Source of the DNA: Tubulanus polymorphus
Lineage: Eukaryota > Animalia > Nemertea
Length of the DNA: 64,000 nt
Assembly (NCBI RefSeq): GCF_964204645.1
Contig: NC_134030.1
Coordinates: 19,552,210 to 19,616,209 of the forward strand
Reading direction: 5' to 3'
The translations under genes and the position numbers were made by a program. The notes beneath the pieces were generated by a model, which made no database searches, was not told where the DNA came from, and saw only the letters and a list, made by a program, of their open reading frames with translations. Within the stretch, counting starts at the first letter, position 1, and every line of letters starts with the position of its first letter. Positions 29,001 through 41,065 of the stretch are shown piece after piece.

Positions 29001-29883
29001 TGTTGTCATCGGGAATGAACACTCCAGACTCGTTATTAGAGATTTGAATTAATGGATTAGAGACGTTCCAATCAGATATTCTATAGATCTGAACTGATAG
29101 TTGTGATATAAGTACGTTTCGCCCAAGTAGCAAACTGATCATAGCTTTGTTTGTCTTAGTATAAAAGGATGAAGGTGGATGTCCGGTTTTTTCTGGTATT
29201 ACAGCAATAAGTTCACTGCTATTCCATCCGTCATGAATTTGAACAGTTGCCGCTGGATCGGTGCCGGGATATATTTCGAATTTTATCTGCGAAAACGTGA
29301 AATTCATAGCAAAACCATCCGGGATCCCGATCCATTCCAAATACAATTTACATTGCCATATCAACATAGCAAACTTGTATCCTATCGATGTTGGTAATTT
29401 GTTAATTTTTAAATTGTATTTTGTGCAGTTGTGAATTAATTTCAAATTGTTTCGTTCTAAACGATATGTGATATAAACCCAACTTCCCCGCGCACCACCG
29501 AGGTCACTTCTAAACATCAACGACATCGAATCGTTGCGGCGGATTTCGTGTTTTCCTTCACCGCAGAATCTGTTATCGGACTCACCGACGAGAAGGTAGT
29601 CAGCACTACAGAATATCGACGGCTCGATGTCGTAGTATAGTTTGATGTTGAAAGTTCCCGGTAAAGAGCTGTTGACGAACCAACGACATTCAACACCGCG
29701 CGTTAACAACGGGTAATTCGGTGAAACGATGTAACCGGACGTAGAATCGACGGGGTACCAAGTGTTGTTACAAGACGAACTGACCGTCACAGAGTCAGAC
29801 AGATCAGCGTGTGCGATGTTAACTCGCCAGACGATCAGCGACGCTATAAACAGCGCTCTCAGTCGATCCATACCGAACAACAT
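23054..29883 (-). CDS. GRL101-like LDLa/LRR G-protein-coupled receptor with N-terminal CUB and C-type lectin domains, ~1924 aa (copy A)
   Basis: Three track ORFs join through phase-0 GT-AG introns: exons 29883-28678, 27899-26565 and 26287-23054. Domains: signal peptide; CUB motifs (SGYIVSPNYP..C.W, CGVVQSPNYP, IYDG..GPYC); a CTLD split across exons 2/3 (WENAEMYC..GGHLLSINS..IGL|YTWTDG..YTEW..FVCE); a second degenerate CTLD; ~6-7 LDLa repeats; LRRNT plus ~7 LRRs; hinge FCC..FSSCSDL; 7TM ending NSSLNPLLY. Confidence 0.92.
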
Positions 29884-32284
29884 CTACACGACAAAATTAA
29901 CCGAATCTTTCTAATTAAAGTTCAGATTTATTCCCGTCGAATGACGACCGAACACAAAATGCAATTCGTCCAATCAGAAAATTCGCTGAGAATTTTTCTG
30001 AAATAGATATTCTTCGTTGCTGATGCAATGATTTTGACACAGATTCCAATTTCGCGTGCTGAGTATTTTTCACAGACGGATCGGTTTATCAATTAATAAC
30101 ACATATATATTTCTAGATTTCATGTTGCCTACTGGAAGGGAAGGATCTTCAATCAATTCATATGATTTAGAATATTTAGATTCGCGCACGAATTCAGCCT
30201 GAGAAGTATAAGAACTAATGCCGATGACGTGGTTGATCTAATTTGAATATCGATTTTCTCTAAGCAGTTCAGAAGATTTTCCAAACCATAGTTAAACTTA
30301 CGTTAGAATTATCACAAAACGTCTCACTCTTTAAAGCCCTCGAAAAGTGTATCAATGACTTCATTTTTAAAGCTCACTCTGTAGATATCGAATTCGAATC
30401 CGCTCATCCATATATCAGATATAGACTATTCCAAACTCTGCATGCGATCTCTGTCTAATCAAGACGGCTAAGATCTTAGATGATGTTTGGAGAAAAACCA
30501 TCAGGAAGGTTTACAAGTTCTATTTCATGCAATGAAATTTAAATGTTGCGATATAACCTGTCTTTTATTCAGGCCGTGCCGAGGGGAGGGGTTTGGGAGT
30601 AACGAACGAACCCAGGCACTTCATACTTGAGATGTGTCTTTTTCAATCAAAACGCGCCTTTTTTCTTGAAATAGAACTGCCCCTCAAAAAGCACGGCAAC
30701 GGGCCTCCCATTCTAGTTAACATTTGATGGTGATATATCCTTATCTTGATCCTATCTCATTTTGCACGGGGAGGATTTGAAATAGCATTGTTTGGCTTGG
30801 GATGAATCCTTGACACATTTCTGTACATTAATGACTGCAATTTTATTATATTTGTGTGTATTTGTATTCGGGATTCTCCTGTGTACTTATGTGTCTAAAT
30901 AAACTTCACTTCACTTCACTATAGCATTGCCCCTTCTAAAATTTTTTTTTTTATTTCGTAATTTGTTACCTTCCGGATACCAGTGTTCAGTAAACTCACT
31001 GTCTTCGATGACAATTTTATGCAATCACCAGAAAATATGTTTCTCACTTCTTTTAACGAAACACTTTGAGGTTTGAAATATTCATCGATGTTGATATTTG
31101 AAATATAGATTGAGTGATTATCGATTGCTAGATTTGTTGGAATCCATTTTATATATCTGTTCTGTTAAGAATATTCGTTGAAATTATATCATTTTCTCTT
31201 CTTGAAGTTTTATTTTCTGAACTCATCTATTAAGCAAACCATTCATGAAATAAAAAATTTATTCATGGAAATTAGCAAAGGCAGGGCCGTTTTTAGCGGG
31301 AGGGCAGAGGGAAGGTGTCCAAACATTTTTGAAAATCAGAAACTTCGCTGAGATTTTTTTATAGATTGTACTCTGATCGGAAAAACATCAAAACACTGAA
31401 TATGAAAGTATGAAAATGGCAAATCATCATTTGACAATACGACGCTTTGCAGTCGCAATTTCTTTCATTGAGCAACTTTTCTTTCGCATCCCTCTGGCTA
31501 CGGGTCTGAAGACTCGTAAAATTCCGGTGTGACCTACACGTGATTTACATACCTAGATTTAAGTTGACTGCATTAATTATCAGTCATTTATTTTATCGAT
31601 GATGTTTTTTTTTCTATCGAATTTCCGACTAACAATTGTATTCGGCTGTATTTCAGTACCCCTAAATCTCCTCGCTTTAAAATATTTTGTTTGTGGCTGA
31701 TTTTTATGTTGTATGTTAACCCTAGCTCGTACTTGTATTAACTATTGTGCCTTAATATTCCCTAGTAAACTCTGCTTGGAATTTGCTAAGTTCATAACTG
31801 CTTTTATATTGTATATCAACCTTCGTTTATACCATCATGAAAATGAAAATACCATGTAAATTACTTGATAATCAAAAAATTTATCATTAGTCTATTCTTA
31901 AAATCCAATTGATAATCAGTAGTAACGCAGTAATCTAATTTCGAATGTGTATATAATATAGATAGAAAATAAACTGTAGCATTTTATTATCATCATGTGT
32001 TCATTTTAAACTGTTGAGATAAATCATTGGTGGCATTTTTTCCTACTGTTATTTTTTGTTATTTTCACTGGTGGCATTTTAACCTGTGGCATTTTTCCTA
32101 CAACCGAACTTCATAATACTCCTAATAGTTTTTAATCAGTATACCCGCACCACCAACCTTTGCCTTAATCTCTGATTCTAACTCGATACTAGGTTCATTT
32201 AGAATGATAAGTTGATGGATCGAAAATGAGAGTACATAACTTCAAATTGTAGCATAAAATAGAATAGTCATTAGAATTGAATAA

Positions 32285-33238
32285 TCATTTCACCTTTTTA
32301 CTACAGCGTATTCTAATACAAAAATATTCACGAATTTCTCGTCCCAGTAAAAGATATATGTAGAAATTTACTACAAAGTTACAAATAAGGAATTGATTGA
32401 AAATACCGAGTATAACTTCTTTCCGTTCCGTCGGGATTGGTAGAAATACGATAATAGTTGTCGGGAGTGTAAAAGTTGCAAATGCTAGTGAAACTGTAAC
32501 CAGCATTATTGTCGTACGTTTTGATTTCGTAGTTTTCTGATCGGACGAAACAATTTTCGAACCTCTGAATAACTGAACTATTATAAAAGAGTTCGATAGA
32601 AGAATCAAAGTTAAAGGTAGAATGTTAACGTGGATGACGATTGCAGTGAAATATTTTACTTGGTCCAATAGTTCGTAGTAACATCCGGACAACTGGTCGG
32701 AAAAATATATCGATAGAGTAGGTAGAAGATTCAACATCAGTACATTCACTGCAGTAATTATCAGTATAACAAATCTAGCGAATCTCGGTGTACATATCAA
32801 ACGAGATGTGAACGGGAAGAGCACAACCGCCGCGCGTTCTAGTGATATCGCTACTATCAACCACGAACTATTGCAGTTTACAAGTACCATTATAAATTCA
32901 TAGATTTTACAACCGATTAGTGAATTAATCATTAATAAAGGTATTTCTTTGACGTTAAAGAGAACAAACTGTAAAACAGGCATCAGTGTATACCCAACGC
33001 AGAACATAAAATCGCAGACTGATAAAACGATAAGATAATTGGCGTATGATAATTTGCGGAATCTGCTGCTCGTCATAATCAGGAAAGTAGCTGAATTTCC
33101 AAAGGCTCCAAACAGGAACAATATAGTCAGACCAGTCAATAACAAAATGAGGTGCGTGCCAGACGCGTTTGCCACGGACATGAGAACGATATAGCCAACG
33201 TAAGTTCGACCAATTTGTTTCTGAGTCAAATTCATCAT
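32285..33238 (-). CDS. Intronless class A (rhodopsin-family) orphan GPCR, 317 aa
   Basis: Seven hydrophobic segments; GN in TM1, LSVCD in TM2, SLER in TM3, LP in TM5/TM6, NFYIY in TM7. Confidence 0.9.
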   Translation of the reverse strand: MMNLTQKQIGRTYVGYIVLMSVANASGTHLILLLTGLTILFLFGAFGNSATFLIMTSSRFRKLSYANYLIVLSVCDFMFCVGYTLMPVLQFVLFNVKEIPLLMINSLIGCKIYEFIMVLVNCNSSWLIVAISLERAAVVLFPFTSRLICTPRFARFVILIITAVNVLMLNLLPTLSIYFSDQLSGCYYELLDQVKYFTAIVIHVNILPLTLILLSNSFIIVQLFRGSKIVSSDQKTTKSKRTTIMLVTVSLAFATFTLPTTIIVFLPIPTERKEVILGIFNQFLICNFVVNFYIYLLLGREIREYFCIRIRCSKKVK

Positions 33239-34732
33239 TTATGAATGAAGGTCAACGATACTTGCTGACTGTCCGAGGGTGTACTGACTATCCAAGAGTT
33301 ATATGACTGTCTGTAAGTGTCCATACTGTCGGATAGTGTTCCGACTGTCAGAAAGTACCAAGGTCTGAGAGTGTACAGACTGTCTAATAGTGTATTCGAC
33401 TAGAATAAATGTGTTTGTTCGGTAAAAATAAATAATCTTTAATTCATATATTTCGAGAATGAATTTTCCTTCGTGCACAGGGAGAATTGAATCGAACCAA
33501 ATTTGTTCATCCAGAAAATAAACGAAATTAGTCATTCAATTCTGGAAATTGGCAAATCAATTCTCCTGGTAAAACTGCAGAATACAGCTTACAACATCAT
33601 CGCTTAGAGCTAATTCGAAGCTTGTATACGCTCCACTTACATTGCATCCCGGATAGATAGCTTTATTTTCATTAGTTTAGTTTTCGGCAAGCTAGTTATT
33701 CGTGTCCTTAGACTTGATCTCTACATTGTCTCACGAATTTGTTAGCTGTATTTTGAACACTTATAGTAACCCTAACACCTCTAGTCCGGCAATGTGATTC
33801 TACTAGAATTTGCCAGGTGTCGCCTGTGGTTAATCATAGATAAGAAAACTCATTTCGACGAACTGTAACTGATTCCGTGTGTCTGGGGCTGAACGGGGAG
33901 CTGCCATTTACTTTGGCAATCGAGGATTCCACTTTTGGCATGCAGAGATTGATCAGGTTCGCTAGTAGTAACTCGATCTTCCGCGTTCAATTTCTTATAC
34001 ATTTCAGTTAAACTTGAATGGACATTTTTCTTACATGAATCAGTATTTAAGAACTGTACCAATCACTTAGTAGAATTTAATGAATTTCAAGTATATTTGG
34101 CAGGCTCTGCGACAATGTGTGGACACGAGAGCCTAAATATTCGGTTCAAAGTTCATCTTTTAAAGTTCATGAAAGAGGAAATTATCATGACAACCTTAAG
34201 ACCGAGTTATCGTCGGGCCATTTTGAAGGATAACCAGTTGTAGTTCCCATTCACCTGGGTCGGATCAAGGATTTTTTGAAGTCTGTGGCCCTCTAAATAA
34301 AGAAGAGAAGACTTCCTGAATACAAGTTTTTGAATTAGTTTTTTTAGTACGAATGCAGTGACGCAAAACAGGCAACCAGTCAATAGGATGTTCACGTCGT
34401 TTTTCATGTCGGCACCGGGTGGCTATTATTTGAATTTCATCGACCAAATTTTGAACTGGGTTTCGATTAATAAACGATGCTTTACTTCTTTACTAAGTTT
34501 AAAGAAATCGGTCGACAATTATGACCTCTAAGCTGTAAAAAACGTCACTAGCGGTGGTGGCGTATTCAGACGCGGGTATATCTATATTCCACCTCTCGTC
34601 ATAAGTTGAGTTGTGGGGTACAAATCATTGGGGTTGCGAATTATTGATATGATGATTTATGTAGGTTAAGGAACTGTCAATCTTCATCAACCATTTTCTT
34701 AAGTTTATGACGGGTAAACGTGAAGTCAATGG

Positions 34733-35689
34733 TCATTTCACTGAATTTCTACAATGGATTTTCATGCAAAAATATTCACGAATTTCTCGTCCCAGTAAAA
34801 GATATATGTAAAAATTAACGACATAGTTACCAACTAATGACTGGACAAATATGCCGTATAGGAATTCTCTCCATTCCGGTGAAATTGGTGAAAATGCAGT
34901 AATAGTGATCGGAAGTGTGAATATTGCAAATGCGAGTGAAACTGTTACAAGCATTATTGTCGTACGTTTTGATTTTGTAGTTTTCTGATCGGACGAAACC
35001 ATTTTCGAACCTCCGAATATTAACTGAATTATTATGACAGAATTCGATGTTAGAATCAAAGATAAAGGCACAAGGAAAACGTGGATGCTACTTATACTGA
35101 AAAGAATCATTTGGTCAGATAATTTATAGTAACATCCGAAAAACTGTTGGTCGGAAACGTACATCGAAAAAATAGGTGTGAGACATAGAATCAGGAAATT
35201 AACTGCAGTAATTATCAATATTGCAAATCTAGCGAATTTAGGTGTACATATCAAACGAGATGTGAACGGGAAGAGAACAACTGCCGCACGTTCTAGAGTT
35301 ATTGCTACTATCAACCACGAACTATTGAATGATGAAAGCGCCGTAACAAATTCATATATTTGGCAAGTGAGCACTGAATTCATGATGAATATAGGGTCGT
35401 CCTTAACATAGAAGAGAACAAACTGTAAAACAGGCATCAGCGTAAAACTGATACAGAACGTGAAGTCACCGAGTGACAAAACGATCAGATAGTTAGCGTA
35501 AGATAAACCGCGAAATCTGCGGCTTATCATTATCAGGAAAGTAGCTGAATTTCCGAAGGTTCCAAACAGAAACACGATAGGCAGAATGATCAGTGTTACA
35601 GTACGGTAGATTCCAGACCTGTGTACAACAGACATGAGAAGCATGTAACTGGTATAGGCTCGACCGATTTGCATCTGAGTTGAATTCAT
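34733..35689 (-). CDS. Intronless class A orphan GPCR, 318 aa; tandem paralog of 32285-33238
   Basis: Same motifs (GN, LSLGD, TLER, NFYIY); colinear with the neighbour. Confidence 0.9.
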   Translation of the reverse strand: MNSTQMQIGRAYTSYMLLMSVVHRSGIYRTVTLIILPIVFLFGTFGNSATFLIMISRRFRGLSYANYLIVLSLGDFTFCISFTLMPVLQFVLFYVKDDPIFIMNSVLTCQIYEFVTALSSFNSSWLIVAITLERAAVVLFPFTSRLICTPKFARFAILIITAVNFLILCLTPIFSMYVSDQQFFGCYYKLSDQMILFSISSIHVFLVPLSLILTSNSVIIIQLIFGGSKMVSSDQKTTKSKRTTIMLVTVSLAFAIFTLPITITAFSPISPEWREFLYGIFVQSLVGNYVVNFYIYLLLGREIREYFCMKIHCRNSVK

Positions 35690-35705
35690 GATTCAAGAGA
35701 TCAAA

Positions 35706-36300
35706 TGAGAGTGTACTGACTGACTGTGATAGTGTACTACGTATACTTAACTTTTATGGAAGTGCACTGACTTGCTCATAGTGTACGGTACAGCTTAGAA
35801 TTAACCATGGACGGTAAATAAACGCTAAGGATGTTAAGTTAATTCTAAGCTGTACCGTACTGACTGTCCGAGTGGGCCGACTGTCTGAGAGTGTACAGAC
35901 TGTCTGAGAGTGTACAGACTGTCTGAGAGTGTACTGACTGTCTGAGAGTGTACTGACTGTCTGAGAGTGTAGCGACTGACTGAGAGTGTACTGACTGTCT
36001 GAGAGTGTGCTAGCTGCCTGAGAGTGTAGCGACTGACTGAGTGTGCTGACTATCTGAGAGTGTAGCGACTGACTGAGTGTGCTGACTATCTGAGAGTGAA
36101 GCGATGACTGAGAGTGTACAGACTGTCTGAAAGTGTGCTAGCTGCCTCAGAGTGTAGCGACTGACTGAGTGTGCTGACTATCTGAGAGTGTAGCGACTGA
36201 CTGAGTGTGCTGACTGTCTGAGAGTGTAGCGACTGACTGAGTGTGCTGACTGTCTGAGAGTGTAGCGACTGACTGAGAATTTGCTGACAGTCTGATAATG
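35706..36300. repeat. ~18-20 bp minisatellite (CTGTCTGAGAGTGTACTGA variants)
   Basis: Tandem units begin ~15 bp upstream of the GPCR ATG. A degenerate homolog lies at 33260-33400, upstream of the paralog. Confidence 0.95.
35786..35857. mobile_element. 72-bp mini-MITE with TA target duplication (Tc1/mariner-type)
   Basis: TA|CGGTACAGCTTAGAATTAAC...GTTAATTCTAAGCTGTACCG|TA, inserted into a GTGTA/CTGA minisatellite unit. Confidence 0.8.
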
Positions 36301-36647
36301 CACTGAATGTTTGAGAATGTTCTCATCTATTGGAAACTTAATTCAACTACATAGACTAGATATACAATTCTTTATTACAGCTACAACTGCAGCTACTTTA
36401 TTGTTCACGGTGAACAATACGAAATCCGTTCTTAGAAATCTGAAATTTGTGAAAGTTTATTATTGTGTAAAATATAAATGTAACTAAATTAAATGTGAAT
36501 ATTCGTTGTTCAAGAATTCATTGTAAGTGATAAAATATCTCATAGTAGAACATCAGATTATGTTCTATACAGGGAAATCACAGGTCACCCAATAGCACCG
36601 TTCACTAGTTGTACTGTGGTGAGTGACTTAACAGGCCGCACTGGCTA

Positions 36648-37193
36648 TGTCGGGTGGTAGTTTAGTAGTTTAGACCGTTATGTACGGAAGCTGGAGTTTA
36701 TGGCCAGTATCGCCATTAGCAAACTCTCCGCATTGATATTTGCGTAACACATAAAACAATGAATAGTTATATAGATAGTCTGGGAATGACGTAGGTATCC
36801 GCGTAGGGAAACCCAAATATGGCGCAGCTCTGAGCATCTCAGAGTGCAAAAGGTATTTTTAGAATTGTGTGGGTACGTAAACACTCCATACATGGGTTGG
36901 TGGAATGTTATGACGTATATATGCGTCACAATCCGTAATACCGAACCATGCGTGGTAAAGAGACTGCACACGTTACGAAACAGTAAACGATATGAAAGGG
37001 GAGGGTTTTTAGTTGGGTTTTAGGCTAGACAGAAAGGAGTCGCAGTTTAGCTTTGGGAAGAGATTGTAGTTAGATAAGAGAGGAAAGGCAAGAACTGTAT
37101 ATAACCAACAACACAAGTAAGAAGATTTACCAACACTGCACACAACACTGGTTGACATTCAGCAACCATAAAAATTGCCGGAGAACCATAACC
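36648..37193 (+). mobile_element. Solo LTR (older copy)
   Basis: Starts TGT, is flanked by GCTA on both sides, and is homologous along its length to 38284-38923. Confidence 0.65.
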
Positions 37194-38283
37194 GCTATCG
37201 GAAGAAAATGTCACGCTTCTCCGTGAAAGAATTGTTTGACTTAATATTTATTAAATATTGCGTCTACAATTTGATGAAAATTTGATGAATATCGTTTATG
37301 ATTAAAAAAAAGATTCGAAAATTTTTCGTCATTATCTTACGGTGGTTTACATTAAAACAACGCTCTTGACAAAACTAAGTTACCTATACGTACAACTTGT
37401 TTAGGACGTTTGAAAAGGTACATGTACCATTCCTGGGTTCCTGTTGGATTTTCTGGTAAATGCGATGAAATTGACTCATTGATACGAGGTCTAACTTTTT
37501 GCACAGTTTTTATATAATTATTCGTCGCCTGATCTTTTTTTGAAAATAGAAGAATCAGATTATCAAATTTGATAAGACTCGCATATTTTCTTTTCTCGTA
37601 CCATTTCATTTTCAGGTAATCTCAAACCATTTTCAAATCAAATTACACCGTTTTACTTTGTTTTGTCGCTGTGAGCTGTCTATTTTGATATCATCAGTAA
37701 CATTTTGAAGTTATCTCGCACTTGCTTCTTTCGAAGTCACTAGACGCCATTACATACTGAAATCACCTCATTCAGTTTTGAAGTCATCGCCTTCTTGAGA
37801 TATCGTTCTGCACAATACACCGCGTATAGTCAAAAATGATCGTTTCTTGCGTTTCTGAATGCGTACAATAATCAGTGAAGTTAGATTGCAGGTTAACTAT
37901 ATTGCAGCAGTAGTTAACCTGCCGTACATTCTAGTCTCACAATAGCAGTTTCAACCTCAGGCTCGGTCTGCAGTTGCCAGTTATTTGCAAGTTGCCAAGT
38001 AATCGAAAATGAAAAGAATCTATCGGACTTTTATAAGCTAGAAAATAGGTAATTGATTGATTTAAACGCGAAATAACGATAACGATAGTGAGTGCTTTAG
38101 ATATTTAAGTACCGGGTACACCGAACTTTACTTATTTGTTAAAAACGTATTCAAATAGAGAATGATTCTGCTTTCTTTCAGTATTTGGATCCTGAATATC
38201 CAACGTAAACGCTTTCGTGTCAAAAGAATAAAAAAAACATGTGTATACTTGATAGTAAACTTGTTGATTAGTATGAGCTTTTG

Positions 38284-38923
38284 TGTTGTGCAGATAGTTT
38301 AGTAGTTTAGATAAATGTACAGAAGCTGGGGTTCATGGCCAGTGTTATTATTGCCGGATAACCTACGTTGATGCGTACGTCATACATAGACATACGTACG
38401 TAGAAGTAATATAAATAAACAAATCTTAAAGTGACCTTATGTGTCTACGTAGGTAAACCTAATATGGTGCTGCCATGGACTCTGATGAGTACAAAGGGAT
38501 ATTTATAGATAATTGTGACATGTGCAGATACGTCATCACCCATACATGGATGGGTGGAATGTTGTGACGTATGAATACGTCACAATCCATGAATTCCAGG
38601 CCATGTGTGGAAGAGGGTCTGCACACGTTACTAAAGATAAAATAATATAAAAGGGTTTAAGAAAGCTTTAGAGGGAGGCTGGAGAGAAGAGGTTTTAGAG
38701 AGAGCTCCGGGGAATGATCTTGTATACATCTGGTAAGAGAAAATAAACGAAAAGATAACTTAAGAAATTGTCAAGTTATATCCGGGAGTCGTGTAAGAAA
38801 GTCAAGACCAAGGACTGAGATCTGATCTCAGAGAGTGTCCCTCGTAACAAGAGAGAAATCATTACCACAACACTGGTAGATATACGCGACCATAACATTG
38901 GTGGAGAATCCATACCCACAACA
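38284..38923 (+). mobile_element. Solo LTR with 4-bp target duplication (Gypsy-like)
   Basis: TTTG|TGTTGTG...CACAACA|TTTG; internal AATAAA near 38742. Confidence 0.85.
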
Positions 38924-39122
38924 TTTGCTGCTGTTGTTCTTTATCAGGGGAAGAATTGTAAAATATGAAATAAACGCTTCGACTATATCCTAATAGTCAG
39001 GAATGATGATTATTCCTAAGGATGACTATTAGGATATTTATTGTTGATTTGCAGCATTCGCATCTGTTGTAAAGAAGCTTCACCAGGGGAATGTTTGTAA
39101 AATATAACATTTACGCCCTGAT

Positions 39123-40085
39123 TTAAGTGCTAATTTTTTTCAATAAATGAAACAACATATTTCTGAATTGTTTGTTGACGATTGTATAGAGTGTAAAGTT
39201 TACGCATGAATTTATGATTGATGTCATCTGATAAATGTGATGAAATACATCCTTGTAAAAAAATACATCAGCTTTCCCGATTTTACCGAGCGAATCGGGC
39301 AGTTCTAGAATAGTAAATACAATACTCATCGTAAGCACCATTTTAGTGGCTTTCTTTTCATTTTGAGCTGTTGAGGTTTTCGACACCGAGAGAGTTTCGC
39401 GTTCCTTTCTTTTGACGTATAAGACGACAATAAGAGCGATGTTCGCTGCGAAAACTAAAATATTTGAAATGATAACGCGGATAATTGGGTCTATATATCC
39501 GTTCATTATGTCATAAATTCGTTTGAGGATTCCTGGCATGTAAAGCATGTAATGAACAAATCGGAATTCTTTAAATGAACTTGCCTTTTTGACTCTCAAC
39601 GTAATAGGGTAGTAAGATCCTAGAGCCATCGATGATATACCTGTTATGATGACGAGTGGTTTTAAGCTGCTTTTTACGCGTAAGGGAAAAGTAATAGTAA
39701 CCAATCTTTCGCATTGAATTATGACGGTTAAAAAGTTACGATAGACCTGGAATCCTTTGACGAGCATACTTCCCCATATCGTCAAGTTTACCGGGGAAAT
39801 TCTGTCGTTGGGAAATTTCTTGATCGAGTCGCCGTACCGCGCGTAGTGAATATGAAAGCGAACCGAGTTTGCGATGAGATATGCCAACAAAAACATGATG
39901 TCGACGAGCGCGAGGATTTTCAGTAAATCGAAGCAGCGGTTTTTAGTTTTCAGCTTGTGAAATACGGTTATAACCATCACATTGAATGTCACGCCGACTA
40001 CGAGTAGTGGAGGCATGATGTACCCAATCCGGATCCATTTAAACTCCCAAATTGGGTTGTAAACGTAGACTACAGTTATGTTCAT
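39123..40085 (-). CDS. Intronless class A GPCR, FMRFamide-receptor-like/Srw-like, 320 aa
   Basis: 7TM with LALVD, CERLVTITFPL, a KATKM..TM6 LELP segment and NSCVNFTLY..VNKQFR. Confidence 0.85.
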   Translation of the reverse strand: MNITVVYVYNPIWEFKWIRIGYIMPPLLVVGVTFNVMVITVFHKLKTKNRCFDLLKILALVDIMFLLAYLIANSVRFHIHYARYGDSIKKFPNDRISPVNLTIWGSMLVKGFQVYRNFLTVIIQCERLVTITFPLRVKSSLKPLVIITGISSMALGSYYPITLRVKKASSFKEFRFVHYMLYMPGILKRIYDIMNGYIDPIIRVIISNILVFAANIALIVVLYVKRKERETLSVSKTSTAQNEKKATKMVLTMSIVFTILELPDSLGKIGKADVFFYKDVFHHIYQMTSIINSCVNFTLYTIVNKQFRNMLFHLLKKIST

Positions 40086-40750
40086 TATTTTCGAACGGTC
40101 TGGTTGGTCAGCAGCATAATGCCTTATCCTACCAAACGCGTCTAAACTGATATACTCGCATTACTTTCAATTTGTAAGGTGATAGATTTTCAGATTTACG
40201 CTAATTTGTGTCAAAAAACCTATTGCCTGAACGCCAACTCTCTAAATGAATTTATATCCAATCAATAGCACGGCAGACTTACAGGTGTCTGGTGTGCATT
40301 CAGAACTTATATAAGGACGAGGTTTGAAAGCTGAAAGTAATCTAGGATTTTCAGGGTTGTGACGACATGTCGATTAACCCTTTCTTCACGTGTGACCCGC
40401 AGTTCGGGTCATTTGAAATTAAACAAAATTTGGAAGACGCCTATTACATATCTGCCCAGAATACCTTCATTCGAAATCCCACACTCTGGATCCCTCGAGC
40501 CAGAATACCCTCATACGTATGTGTCCAAAATACCTCCGTCCGGAATTTTAAAACAATGTTTCCATCTATAATTCACCAGTATCGACTAAATCAAAATAAT
40601 GCAGTCGATATTTGTGCATTTTTTATTTTTTTCAAGTTCTTTAACAACGCAGTCTCAAATGTTTTGTGACTTTCTCAAAATGTATCAAAAATTTAAGAAA
40701 TTTTTAGTTCATTAGTCTTCAAATATTCATAAATGAACAGTTAAAAATTG

Positions 40751-41065
40751 TTGAAACATGTCGACTCAGCCGTAAAATCAACCCATTCACAGTCCCGAAT
40801 GTGGGATCATGCCGGGCTTTAGAGAACATAATGCCCCCGAGGTCTTCACATTTACAGATTAGATTATGTAAGCGTGTCGCGCGTTACACCGGATAGGCAC
40901 ACAATAGAAATATGAGCCTCACGTTCATTTGATCATCTTCTATTAAGAGGACCGCTATTGTGAAAATTGACTGCGGGAGGAATATTCCTCCCAAAGTCAA
41001 TCGATGGAAACTTGACCAAGGGGTCTGATATTCAAACAATTGACTTTGGGAGGAATATTCCTCCC
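40751..41065 (+). repeat. Left arm of a ~315-bp inverted repeat (partner 45006-45320)
   Basis: Near-perfect reverse complement of 45006-45320 with only a few mismatches. Confidence 0.95.

Larger units (their letters stand above)
11111..29590 (+). repeat. Segmental duplication, copy A (partner 45319->64000)
   Basis: Colinear high identity from AATGTGATT..TCTTTGTTAGGCCTGATC to the window end. The offset is about 34.2-34.4 kb and paired ORFs appear throughout the track. Confidence 0.97.

Noticed and set aside
33850-34560. Possible decayed DNA-transposase fragments between the two GPCRs
   Set aside because: Only vague resemblance across frameshifts; no catalytic motif or TIR pair could be established.
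38484-38510. CTGATGA hammerhead-like box inside the LTR
   Set aside because: No stem II and no GAAA box.
36648-38923. The two LTR-like repeats as ends of one retrotransposon
   Set aside because: Each has its own 4-bp target duplication (GCTA; TTTG), they are strongly diverged, and there is no gag/pol between them.
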